Assembly (NCBI GenBank): GCA_965237485.1
Contig: CBDEFQ010000009.1
Span: forward strand, 89,778-153,777
Length of the DNA stretch: 64,000 bases
Origin: Candidatus Poriferihabitaceae bacterium
GTDB lineage: Bacteria; Pseudomonadota; Gammaproteobacteria; Arenicellales; Poriferihabitantaceae
Direction of reading: 5' to 3'
The first letter of the stretch is position 1. Each line of letters opens with the position of its first letter. Made by a program: the position numbers and the translations under genes. This document shows, in pieces, positions 19,443-28,212 of this stretch. The notes below the pieces were generated by a model that saw only the letters and a list, made by a program, of their open reading frames with translations, ran no database searches and was not told the origin of the DNA.

Positions 19443-20716
19443 CACTGCTGTCCCGTTAACTTTCACAGCAACGAAAATTGATTAGGATTAAGGTTTGGGT
19501 GATGCATCGGGTCCCCTCGCAACAGTGCCATTAAATCACGTTTTTCAAACAAATTAAGCTGCAATACCCTCAATATTTGTTGCATCGTTTTGCCCGCCTT
19601 CGACTGCAATTTGATGAACATCAGTATTAGGTAAATACATAACGCAATCCATATTTGGGTCAATACTGCGTTCTTGCTGGTGCCGATAAATGACTTCACC
19701 TTTAAGTTCTGCTTGATCCACTTGAAGAATAATTCCACCTGCCATCTGGCTTTATAAATATCGGCGATAGTTTGAGCACTGAGCTTAAAGTGGTTGGTTA
19801 AAAACACATAATGCTTGCCTGTAGTGGCATCGCGATAACCAATACGGCGTAATCGAATCGAACACTCCTTTGCTGCTTTGACCCCCGTGAATTCAATCGT
19901 TTGATCACTGCTAAGTCCCGTTCCCTTGCGTACACTATGTCGCTTGATAACGCGGTATGCAGCATTCTTCTTTAATCGTGTGACAAAGTATATTCCCTTG
20001 TCATTCAATTTCTTATACCAAGCATAGTCGTTGTATCCACGGTCAATAACTACAATGCTGCCTTTCGGGAAAGCTACTTTCCTGCCTGCAGTAACATCAG
20101 CACATTTACCCTCGGTGATATTAACAAACTCAGGTAAGTAACCATCATGATTCAGGCCTACATGCAGTTTGATTGCCCCTTTAGTTGATCGAAAGTCTGC
20201 CCATGGGAAAACCGATAAGCACAGATCAATGGTAGATGAGTCCAGCGAATACAGGGGATTCTTGAAACGAAAGTTATGCCCTGGCGTTTTGCTCTGACAA
20301 CACTTGAGTAATTGAGAGAATAGCGCTTCATAAAGGCTCGAAGGCTTGTTCTCATTGATGCGTGAAAGATTGGACCGCGTTAACACGGCACTACCAAGAT
20401 GATACAAGCGGTGTGATTGAGTGCTGACATTATCAACAATATCACGCAAGCTATGACGGCCAGTCAATTGAGCTATAGTCAGGCTCACGAACTGTGACCA
20501 ACGAGACGCTCTGCGGAATGAACGCCCCGAATGATGTTGAATTGCGAGTGCCTCGAATTCATGTCTCGGAACAATTTTGAGTATTTGATTTAGAACGGTA
20601 TTACAATGTGACATGGTCTGATTTTCCTATTTGATTCAACGGTTTATCGCTAAACGTATTTTATCAAATTGAGAGAAAATCAGGCCTGTTTCTTTAGTGT
20701 TAACGGGACAGCAGTG
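19443..20716 (-). mobile_element. IS4-family insertion sequence, copy 1 (1274 bp)
   Basis: Terminal repeats CACTGCTGTCCCGTTAAC.. and ..GTTAACGGGACAGCAGTG. 9-bp target duplication ACAATATTT at 19434-19442 and 20717-20725. Confidence 0.9.
19463..20614 (-). CDS. IS4-family DDE transposase (383 aa)
   Basis: Intact ORF. VVIDRGYNDYAWY and YKARWQVELFFKWIKQNLKVK motifs. Near-identical to 26978..28129. Confidence 0.85.
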   Translation of the reverse strand: MSHCNTVLNQILKIVPRHEFEALAIQHHSGRSFRRASRWSQFVSLTIAQLTGRHSLRDIVDNVSTQSHRLYHLGSAVLTRSNLSRINENKPSSLYEALFSQLLKCCQSKTPGHNFRFKNPLYSLDSSTIDLCLSVFPWADFRSTKGAIKLHVGLNHDGYLPEFVNITEGKCADVTAGRKVAFPKGSIVVIDRGYNDYAWYKKLNDKGIYFVTRLKKNAAYRVIKRHSVRKGTGLSSDQTIEFTGVKAAKECSIRLRRIGYRDATTGKHYVFLTNHFKLSAQTIADIYKARWQVELFFKWIKQNLKVKSFIGTSKNAVLTQIWIALCIYLILMFIKLQSKAGKTMQQILRVLQLNLFEKRDLMALLRGDPMHHPNLNPNQFSLL

Positions 20717-20930
20717 ACAATATTTAGTAATTCTGCTTCGCTAAACAAGCGCGTGGTTAATTCTAAAAACACGATATAGCCCACCATTTCTTCCTCTGCA
20801 ACCAAGGCAATGCAGTGATGTCCGTCCTCAAAACTAGATCTAAGATCAGATAATGACCACGGATGGGTTGAAGACAGAGCCTCTTGCTGCGATAAAAACA
20901 GTAAGTCGCACTTCGCTACTGGGGTAAGAC

Positions 20931-21551
20931 TTAACCCTGAGATAAACTCATCGCCTCTTGTAAAGCGGCCCAGACATCGCGTTTCAACAATGGGCTTTTT
21001 GTCAACTGCGCCATTGTTGGTATAGCCAGCACCGGGGCAATTCTAGTGCCAAGTTGTTGAGGAATGACCTGATAAAGCGGAACCGACTGCTTGCTCGGCA
21101 ATGCTAACTTTGCAAGATGTTCTCCACAGAGTAAAATCATACTTGCTGGTGTCGACTCTAGGGCTTGTTGAAACAGCACTGCCTCATTGCAAACCTCAAT
21201 CGTCTTCGGCGTAGTATCCAATGCACGGGCAATGTTGTTTATAAGGTTCTCCTCGGCTGAAAGTTCAGCGAGCACCTCACTAATAATTAACCACTGTTTA
21301 CCTGCTAGTGGAGTATTTTCCTTACCTAGAAGCAGCCGCGTTTGCACACCGTTAAATGTCTGCGTAGGATTTTCAATCAGCGCTTCTCCGGTTTTCGAGC
21401 TTTCTGCTACCTCTAGTGATGCCATCTGATCGATGGCAGCCAGCTCGGTCATTTTGGTTACATCTAGGTCGGCACTACTTACCCCACCCACTGGCTCGCG
21501 CAGGCGCCACTGAGTGACGCCCATTTGTGCCAACATTTGATCAGAGTTCAT
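20931..21551 (-). CDS. holD: DNA polymerase III psi subunit-like protein (long form, 206 aa)
   Basis: N-terminus MNSDQMLAQMGVTQWRLREP resembles HolD (QLGITQWSLR in E. coli). Position immediately upstream of rimI. The central ~70 aa has no E. coli counterpart. Confidence 0.6.
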   Translation of the reverse strand: MNSDQMLAQMGVTQWRLREPVGGVSSADLDVTKMTELAAIDQMASLEVAESSKTGEALIENPTQTFNGVQTRLLLGKENTPLAGKQWLIISEVLAELSAEENLINNIARALDTTPKTIEVCNEAVLFQQALESTPASMILLCGEHLAKLALPSKQSVPLYQVIPQQLGTRIAPVLAIPTMAQLTKSPLLKRDVWAALQEAMSLSQG

Positions 21552-21559
21552 TTGATAAC

Positions 21560-23107
21560 TTAGATCGCGTTACTCAGCTGCGGATGCGCTTTCTCTTGCA
21601 TCGTGTAAAGCTTGTTCAGCGCATTGATATACGCTTTAGCAGAAGCTTGTACGATGTCTAAATCGGTGCCATGGCCATTCACCACACGTCCACCTTTTTC
21701 AAGGCGCACACCAACTTCTCCTTGCGCATCGGTGCCCGTTGTAATGGCATTGACGGTGTATAGCAACAAGCGACTGTCGGTACCAACCAAGCTTTTAATT
21801 GCTTGAAACGTAGCATCGACCACGCCATTGCCGTTCGCGTTAATTGAACTCGCTTCGCCGTCTATCTCCATTTCGATCGTTGCTTCTGAAGAAGAATCAG
21901 ATTGTGTGTTGGCAGATAAACTCAATAGCTTAAATTTTTGGCTGGCTTTTTCAGCAGCCACGGTAGTCACCAATGACATTAGGTCGTCATCATAGATATC
22001 ATGCTTATTGTCTGCCAAGTCCTTAAAGGCGACAAAAACGGCATTAAGTTCTTCGTCACTCTCGAACTTCACGCCTAATTCTTTTAAGCGGTCTTTAAAT
22101 GCGTTACGCCCAGAATGTTTGCCAAGCACCATGCGGTTAGCGGACCAACCCACGTCTTCAGCGCGCATTATTTCATAGGTCTCACGATTTTTTAGAACAC
22201 CATCTTGATGAATGCCCGCTTCATGGGCGAAGGCGTTAATGCCCACAATAGCCTTATTAGGTTGCACTGGGAAGCCAGTTACGCTGGAAATTAACCGGCT
22301 AGCCGGTACTAATTGAGTGGTATCGATATTGGTTTCGCAAGGAAAATAGTCGGGCCTGGTGCGCACGGCCATTACAATTTCTTCTAGTGATGCATTACCT
22401 GCTCGTTCTCCCAAGCCATTTATTGTGCACTCTACTTGACGCGCACCGTTTATCACGGCGGCTAAAGAGTTTGATACTGCTAGGCCCAAGTCATTATGGC
22501 AATGCACAGAAAATACCGCCTTATCAGAATTTGGAACCCGGTTAATTAAATCTCCAATCAAGGCGCCAAAAACTTCTGGCATAGCATAGCCAACCGTATC
22601 AGGTATATTAACCGTGGTTGCGCCTGCATCGATGACTGCTTCTAAAATACGACATAAAAAATCTGGTTCAGAACGCCCTGCGTCTTCAGGTGAAAATTCA
22701 ACGTTGTCGGTGTAATTACGTGCCTGCTTAACCGACGCAACCGCTCGCTCAATCACTTGGTCTGGCTCCATACGCAGCTTGGTCTTCATATGTATGGGCG
22801 AGGTCGCAATAAAGGTATGAATGCGCCCTGATACCGCGGGTTTAAGCGCATCACCGGCCCGTTCAATATCACCGGGGTGGGCACGTGCTAACCCACATAC
22901 CGTGCTGTTCTTTATCTCTTTGGCAATCGCATTCACCGCTTCAAAATCACCCGGGCTTGCAACCGGAAAGCCCGCTTCAATCACATCCACACGCATCTTC
23001 TCTAGCAAACGCGCGATTTGCATTTTTTCTTCTAAGGTCATCGACGCACCGGGGCTCTGCTCGCCATCGCGCATCGTTGTATCAAATATAATTAATTGGT
23101 CACTCAT
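21560..23107 (-). CDS. leuA: 2-isopropylmalate synthase
   Basis: 515 aa. [41 protein letters not shown]-terminal LeuA dimerisation/regulatory domain. Confidence 0.95.
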   Translation of the reverse strand: MSDQLIIFDTTMRDGEQSPGASMTLEEKMQIARLLEKMRVDVIEAGFPVASPGDFEAVNAIAKEIKNSTVCGLARAHPGDIERAGDALKPAVSGRIHTFIATSPIHMKTKLRMEPDQVIERAVASVKQARNYTDNVEFSPEDAGRSEPDFLCRILEAVIDAGATTVNIPDTVGYAMPEVFGALIGDLINRVPNSDKAVFSVHCHNDLGLAVSNSLAAVINGARQVECTINGLGERAGNASLEEIVMAVRTRPDYFPCETNIDTTQLVPASRLISSVTGFPVQPNKAIVGINAFAHEAGIHQDGVLKNRETYEIMRAEDVGWSANRMVLGKHSGRNAFKDRLKELGVKFESDEELNAVFVAFKDLADNKHDIYDDDLMSLVTTVAAEKASQKFKLLSLSANTQSDSSSEATIEMEIDGEASSINANGNGVVDATFQAIKSLVGTDSRLLLYTVNAITTGTDAQGEVGVRLEKGGRVVNGHGTDLDIVQASAKAYINALNKLYTMQEKAHPQLSNAI

Positions 23108-23409
23108 GGCTTATGCCCTATAGTTTAATTCAGTAGATTTGTTGACTTAATAAAGCCAACGGGTATAACAACAGAATGTGGGGGGATTTATATCTGCGCC
23201 AAGCGCAGCAGAGTCAGTGAAGACAATAGCAGCCCGTTTGCATCACTGGTGTGCGCAAAGCTGGTAACAAATGTGTTTGTCTGGGCGTTCATCTAAGCGA
23301 AGTCTAACGAGACTGAATTTGAAAGGCAACCAATTTATTACAAAGCAGCGACGTGCTCTAAATAAGTCTATAAAATAAACACACTTAAACCATAGAGTTA
23401 ATTGTCGAT

Positions 23410-23835
23410 ATGCCCGATCAGGCGAGCATCTTTAATCCCGCATTTGCAGTGATCATACTGACAATCGTGGTGTGGGTTTACATGTACTCTAAGCGAATCC
23501 CCTTTATAATAAAAAAGCGAATCCGCTTAAAAACGTTGATCCCTGCCGAACTACAGAAATGGTCTCCTCCTGACGTATCTAATCCATCGGACAATCTCAA
23601 AAATCTGTTTGAAATCCCCGTTATTTTTTATTTCACCACCGTTTATTTATTCGTCACACAACAAGTAGATCAATTGTACTTGGTGTCGAGCTGGTGTTTT
23701 GCAATTTTTAGAATATTGCATAGTACCGTTCACTGCAGTTTTAACTCGGTGCTTTTGCGATTTTCGCTTTATGTTATATCGACGTTATGCCTTATATTTA
23801 TCGTATTGCGAATCATCTTCGCCGCCGCGTTATAA
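23410..23835 (+). CDS. MAPEG-family membrane protein
   Basis: 141 aa, four hydrophobic segments, SNPSDNLKNLFEIPVIFY and RILHSTVH motifs. Confidence 0.6.
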   Translation: MPDQASIFNPAFAVIILTIVVWVYMYSKRIPFIIKKRIRLKTLIPAELQKWSPPDVSNPSDNLKNLFEIPVIFYFTTVYLFVTQQVDQLYLVSSWCFAIFRILHSTVHCSFNSVLLRFSLYVISTLCLIFIVLRIIFAAAL

Positions 23836-23939
23836 ACAACACCTATGCTCTAATTAAAGGATAGCGTGCCCTTTGAATAGAGATTGAAGGGCAACCGATT
23901 TGTTTGAGACTTACCAAGGCAACAGCAAAATCACGTTTG

Positions 23940-24212
23940 TTAGTAGACCTGATCATGATTGCCAATATCGACAAGAATAATATCGTCATCTTGAATGACA
24001 AATTCTAAAACAATGCGATAACTCATATTTATCGATATAGATGACAAGCCGTTTAACTTTCCGTGCGAGCGGTGCAAACGAAGGGAGGGGTGTCCAGGGT
24101 TCACTTCTAATAGTTCTAAGGTATTGCGATATTGCTTTTGGATTTCAGGGTGTTTACTTAGAATTTCTTTTGCTCGTCTTAGATAACTTTCAGGATAGAT
24201 TAGCCTAGGCAT
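23940..24212 (-). CDS. Type II toxin of the RelE/ParE superfamily (90 aa)
   Basis: MPRLIYPESYLRRAKEILSKHPEIQKQYRNTLELLEVNPGHPSLRLHRSHGKLNGLSSISINMSYRIVLEF..DIILVDIGNHDQVY. The ATG overlaps the stop of an upstream antitoxin-like frame (ATGCCTAG). Confidence 0.7.
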   Translation of the reverse strand: MPRLIYPESYLRRAKEILSKHPEIQKQYRNTLELLEVNPGHPSLRLHRSHGKLNGLSSISINMSYRIVLEFVIQDDDIILVDIGNHDQVY

Positions 24213-24459
24213 TGCCTATTATGCGTTTCATGTGCTCATCAACACTTTCGACTATGAAACGGTTTTCGGCAACGTCTGCTTTGGCCTCCTGCAAGGCAAC
24301 CATGAGTTCATATTCACGAAACTTCACATATTTATCAAGGTCAATGACTACGTATCGGTCTTGCCCACGAACTGAAATAATAACTTCATCGTCAGTTTTT
24401 AAGCGCGACTCTACTACCGAAACACCTTTAGTTTTTAGCTCGTTAGCGCGTTCAAGAAA
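24205..24459 (-). pseudogene. Phd/YefM-like antitoxin frame lacking any start codon
   Basis: 84 open codons (FLERANELKTKGVSVVESRLKTDDEVIISVRGQDRYVVIDLDKYVKFREYELMVALQEAKADVAENRF..GNA-stop), bounded upstream by an in-frame TAG at 24460-24462. There is no ATG/GTG/TTG before codon 45. Confidence 0.55.
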
Positions 24460-24525
24460 CTACCACCTATTGAGTATTATTAATAGTGCTAATTATAATG
24501 CTTACAATCATACTTTTCAAGCGCT

Positions 24526-25943
24526 AGTCTTGTCCTGTGTTACGAGTAAATTATCTGTCCTGATAATTAGCAAATAAACTGTCCGGATTTATCCTCCTCC
24601 CTTTTGGGAAGTGAGATGAGCCAGATAGCATTTCTAAATAAGGTAAAACAGATGAGATTTGAAGAAGCATATGAAGCTTATCAAGCTAAACGACTATCAC
24701 CAGCGGATGCTGCCACAATACTGGGTGTTTGTGATCGAAGTTTTCGTAGGTACATTAATAAGTACGAAGAATCAGGATTGGATGGGCTGTTAGATCAGCG
24801 ACTCAATCAGCCCTCACACAGGCGGGCACCCGTAGACGAAATGATCAAGCTACAAGACCTATACTCAACACGCTATCAAGGCTGGAATGTGCGCCACTTC
24901 CATACATGGTATCAACGCGAGCACCAAGGTAAGCGTAGCTACAGTTGGGTTAAGAATAAGCTACAAAGCGCAGACCTGGTGCGTAAATCTAAAACACGCG
25001 GCCCTCACCGCATTAAACGTCTACCTGGCGCCTTGCCAGGTAGGATGATTCACCAGGATGGCAGTACTCACCAATGGGTACCTGATGTGTCTTGGGACTT
25101 AATCGCCACCCTGGATGATGCCACCAATAAGCATTATTCCATGCGCTTTGTCGAAGAGGAAGGCACGCACAGCAGCTTGCTTGGGGTTAAAGATGTACTT
25201 AAGGTGAAGGGGCTATTCTGTTCGTTTTACCCTGACCGAGGCAGCCACTATTGGCATACGCCTGAGGCTGGCGGCAAGGTGGATAAGAATGGCCCAACTC
25301 AATTTGGGTTGGCGATGAAGAGATTAGGCATTGGCATGATAGCGGCTTATTCTCCTGAAGCCAGAGGCCGTTCCGAACGTGCGTTTGGCACACACCAAGG
25401 GCGATTACCGAACGAGCTTGCGTTGATGGGTATCACTGGCATGCAAGCGGCTAATAAATACCTTAGAGATCATTATATGCCCAGACACAATAAAGAATTC
25501 AGTCATCCAGCTAGAGAGCAAGGCAGCGCCTTTGTGCCGCTTGCGGGCATCGATCTTGACGATTATCTATGCGAACAGTACGAGCGTGTGGTGGGTAAAG
25601 ACAACAGCGTACAGTTTGAGACGCTGTCTCTGCAGCTACCTAAAGATCAACACCGCTATCATTACGTCAAAGCTAAAGTATAAAGTATCGCGCCACCTTG
25701 ATGGCTCATTGTCGATTGATCATGGCCCAAGGCGATTAGGCCGATACACAGCCGATGGAATACTGGTGCAACAAAAACAGATTAAGAGCAAAGTTGCGTA
25801 ACCGGGCTTCGCAATTTGCCGCCGATGAATTCATTACGGGCTACGCCCTTCACTCATTCATCGGCAATAACTAAAGCGGACAGACTATGTGTTAATAATC
25901 CGGACAGTTCTATTTACTTCTAACAGTACACTGTCCAGACCTG
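24526..25943 (+). mobile_element. ISNCY-like (HTH plus rve-domain transposase) insertion sequence; ends approximate
   Basis: Imperfect terminal repeats AGTCTTGTCCTGTGTTACGAGTAAAT.. (24526-) and ..ATTTACTTCTAACAGTACACTGTCCAGACCT (-25943). Subterminal CTGTCCGGA repeats at both ends. No target duplication recognised. Confidence 0.55.
24604..25683 (+). CDS. rve-domain transposase (ISNCY-like), C-terminus cut off by a 7-bp tandem duplication; the likely start is the ATG at 24616
   Basis: HTH region (ATILGVCDRSFRRYINKY), DDE core (IHQDGSTH.., YSPEARGRSERAFGTHQGRLPNEL). AAAGTAT is duplicated at 25675-25688, which creates the stop. Removing one copy joins the frame to KVSRHLDGSLSIDHGPRRLGRYTADG.. 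(ending at 25801). Confidence 0.7.
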   Translation: MGSEMSQIAFLNKVKQMRFEEAYEAYQAKRLSPADAATILGVCDRSFRRYINKYEESGLDGLLDQRLNQPSHRRAPVDEMIKLQDLYSTRYQGWNVRHFHTWYQREHQGKRSYSWVKNKLQSADLVRKSKTRGPHRIKRLPGALPGRMIHQDGSTHQWVPDVSWDLIATLDDATNKHYSMRFVEEEGTHSSLLGVKDVLKVKGLFCSFYPDRGSHYWHTPEAGGKVDKNGPTQFGLAMKRLGIGMIAAYSPEARGRSERAFGTHQGRLPNELALMGITGMQAANKYLRDHYMPRHNKEFSHPAREQGSAFVPLAGIDLDDYLCEQYERVVGKDNSVQFETLSLQLPKDQHRYHYVKAKV

Positions 25944-26021
25944 TCAGGGTTAAGCTGGCGATGTTTACGTCAAGTGCTGTATCATAGGTGATTGACCAAA
26001 TTCTAATAACAACACAGCCTT

Positions 26022-26753
26022 ATGGAAAACAAACTTGAAATCAAGTGGTACAACACCATTCGGGTGAAGCTAATTGCAGTTTTTATTATCACCGCGACTT
26101 TGATAACTTCTTTGGCAGGTTATTTTGTGTATAAAAATATAGCCAACACCCAGCAGGCCGACCTCTCTGAATTGGCTAGCGTGTCTGCTTCGCGTATGGC
26201 GCAGCATTTAATTCGGCCGATGTGGGACGTAGATGTTGAGCAAGTTAATAAGTTGCTTGAGGTTGAAATGCAGGAGCGCAAGATCGAGGCCATCGTGGTG
26301 CGAGATGAAGACCATCAAACGCTATTTGCGGCAAAAGAAAGGGGTGAGGACGGTGCAACTAAAGATTCAGTGGGTACGATAATCGGTGATTTCGACAAAG
26401 TCGACCGCAACATCATTAGTGATGACGGTGACGATATTGGTACGGTTAGCGTATTTATTACCTCAAAATATATGCACGAGGAATTAAGTAAGTTTTTGAG
26501 GGTTTTGGTTTTAACATTGGTGGTGCTAAACCTGTTTATTTTTGTGATTATGATGAATGTATTGGGTCGTATGTTGGTAGACCCCTTGTCGAAGCTAACC
26601 ACAGTGGCAAACCAAATATCAAAAGGCCAATTGAATAAATTGATCGACTACGAATCAAACGACGAACTTGGGCACTTGACGAATTCGTTTAAGCGCATGC
26701 AGGCCAGTGTTAAAATCTTGGTGCGCAAAATTCGTGCGAATTCGGATAAGTAA
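26022..26753 (+). CDS. Membrane sensor-like protein ending directly after its HAMP domain (no output domain)
   Basis: 243 aa. TM1 (LIAVFIITATLITSLAGYF), ~130-aa extracytoplasmic region, TM2 (VLVLTLVVLNLFIFVIMMNVL), HAMP (VDPLSKLTTVANQISKGQL..NDELGHLTNSFKRMQASVK), stop, then a terminator. Confidence 0.65.
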   Translation: MENKLEIKWYNTIRVKLIAVFIITATLITSLAGYFVYKNIANTQQADLSELASVSASRMAQHLIRPMWDVDVEQVNKLLEVEMQERKIEAIVVRDEDHQTLFAAKERGEDGATKDSVGTIIGDFDKVDRNIISDDGDDIGTVSVFITSKYMHEELSKFLRVLVLTLVVLNLFIFVIMMNVLGRMLVDPLSKLTTVANQISKGQLNKLIDYESNDELGHLTNSFKRMQASVKILVRKIRANSDK

Positions 26754-26778
26754 GTTGGCTTTCAAGCGTTTGAACTAT

Positions 26779-26818
26779 AGGTTGGAGGTTCGTGAACTAC
26801 GCGGCAACCAACCTTTTT
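26779..26818 (+). terminator. Candidate rho-independent terminator
   Basis: AGGTTGG ... CCAACCT stem with a large loop followed by TTTTT. Confidence 0.45.
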
Positions 26819-26875
26819 AAAACCATCTAAATAAACCTATATACCCACAACGGACATTTCAGGTATACCTGCGTT

Positions 26876-28149
26876 CACTGCTGTCCCGTTAACACTAAAG
26901 AAACAGGCCTGATTTTCTCTCAATTTGATAAAATACGTTTAGCGATAAACCGTTGAACCAAATAGGAAAATCAGACCATGTCACATTGTAATACCGTTCT
27001 AAATCAAATACTCAAAATTGTTCCGAGACATGAATTCGAGGCACTCGCAATTCAACATCATTCGGGGCGTTCATTCCGCAGAGCGTCTCGTTGGTCACAG
27101 TTCGTGAGCCTGACTATAGCTCAATTGACTGGCCGTCATAGCTTGCGTGATATTGTTGATAATGTCAGCGCTCAATCACACCGCTTGTATCATCCTGGTA
27201 GTGCCGTGTTAACGCGGTCCAATCTTTCACGCATCAATGAGAACAAGCCTTCGAGCCTTTATGAAGCGCTATTCTCTCAATTACTCAAGCGCTGTCAGAG
27301 CAAAACGCCAGGGCATAACTTTCGTTTCAAGAATCCCCTGTATTCACTGGACTCATCTACCATTGATCTGTGCTTATCGGTTTTCCCATGGGCAGACTTT
27401 CGATCAGCTAAAGGGGCAATCAAACTGCATGTAGGCCTGAATCATGATGGTTACTTACCTGAGTTTGTTAATATCACCGAGGGTAAATGTGCTGATGTTA
27501 CTGCAGGCAGGAAAGTAGCTTTCCCGAAAGGCAGCATTGTAGTTATTGACCGTGGATACAACGACTATGCCTGGTATAAGCAATTGAATGACAAGGGAAT
27601 ATACTTTGTCACACGATTAAAGAAGAATGCTGCATACCGCCTTATCAAGCGACATAGTGTACGCAAGGGAACGGGACTTAGCAGTGATCAAACGATTGAA
27701 TTCACGGGGGTCAAAGCAGCAAAGGAGTGTTCGATTCGATTACGCCGTATTGGTTATCGCGATGCCACTACAGGCAAGCATTATGTGTTTTTAACCAACC
27801 ACTTTAAGCTCAGTGCTCAAACTATCGCCGATATTTATAAAGCCAGATGGCAGGTGGAATTATTCTTCAAGTGGATCAAGCAGAACTTAAAGGTGAAGTC
27901 ATTTATCGGCACCAGCAAGAACGCAGTATTGACCCAAATATGGATTGCGTTATGTATTTACCTAATACTGATGTTCATCAAATTGCAGTCGAAGGCGGGC
28001 AAAACGATGCAACAAATATTGAGGGTATTGCAGCTTAATTTGTTTGAAAAACGTGATTTAATGGCACTGTTGCGAGGGGACCCGATGCATCACCCAAACC
28101 TTAATCCTAATCAATTTTCGTTGCTGTGAAAGTTAACGGGACAGCAGTG
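26876..28149 (+). mobile_element. IS4-family insertion sequence, copy 2
   Basis: Same 1274-bp unit. 9-bp target duplication ACCTGCGTT at 26867-26875 and 28150-28158. Confidence 0.9.
26978..28129 (+). CDS. IS4-family DDE transposase (383 aa)
   Basis: Intact. A few substitutions relative to copy 1. Confidence 0.85.
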   Translation: MSHCNTVLNQILKIVPRHEFEALAIQHHSGRSFRRASRWSQFVSLTIAQLTGRHSLRDIVDNVSAQSHRLYHPGSAVLTRSNLSRINENKPSSLYEALFSQLLKRCQSKTPGHNFRFKNPLYSLDSSTIDLCLSVFPWADFRSAKGAIKLHVGLNHDGYLPEFVNITEGKCADVTAGRKVAFPKGSIVVIDRGYNDYAWYKQLNDKGIYFVTRLKKNAAYRLIKRHSVRKGTGLSSDQTIEFTGVKAAKECSIRLRRIGYRDATTGKHYVFLTNHFKLSAQTIADIYKARWQVELFFKWIKQNLKVKSFIGTSKNAVLTQIWIALCIYLILMFIKLQSKAGKTMQQILRVLQLNLFEKRDLMALLRGDPMHHPNLNPNQFSLL

Positions 28150-28212
28150 ACCTGCGTTAGTTTTTGTAGGCGAACCGAGTGTATCTCCCAAGTGCGATAA
28201 CGACTTTGCTCG

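Larger units (their letters stand above)
19198..20900 (-). pseudogene. rimI: Ribosomal-protein-alanine N-acetyltransferase gene interrupted by IS4 copy 1 and additionally frameshifted
   Basis: N-terminal part is upstream of the IS (..HPWSLSDLRSSFEDGHHCIALVAEEEMVGYIVFLELTTRLFSEAELLNI). It continues after the IS (VVFSKYRRLNYASKALQ..LFLEVRQSNLAALRLYQKVGFDKI), then a frame change at about 19265-19275 precedes RKDYYSEKDGQRENAITMRFKL-stop (19198). Lies immediately downstream of holD, as in E. coli. The start codon was not fixed. Confidence 0.75.

Noticed and set aside
24212-24577. 121-aa plus-strand ORF
   Set aside because: It is exactly antisense to the Phd/YefM-like frame and translates to a Ser/Thr-rich sequence with no family features.
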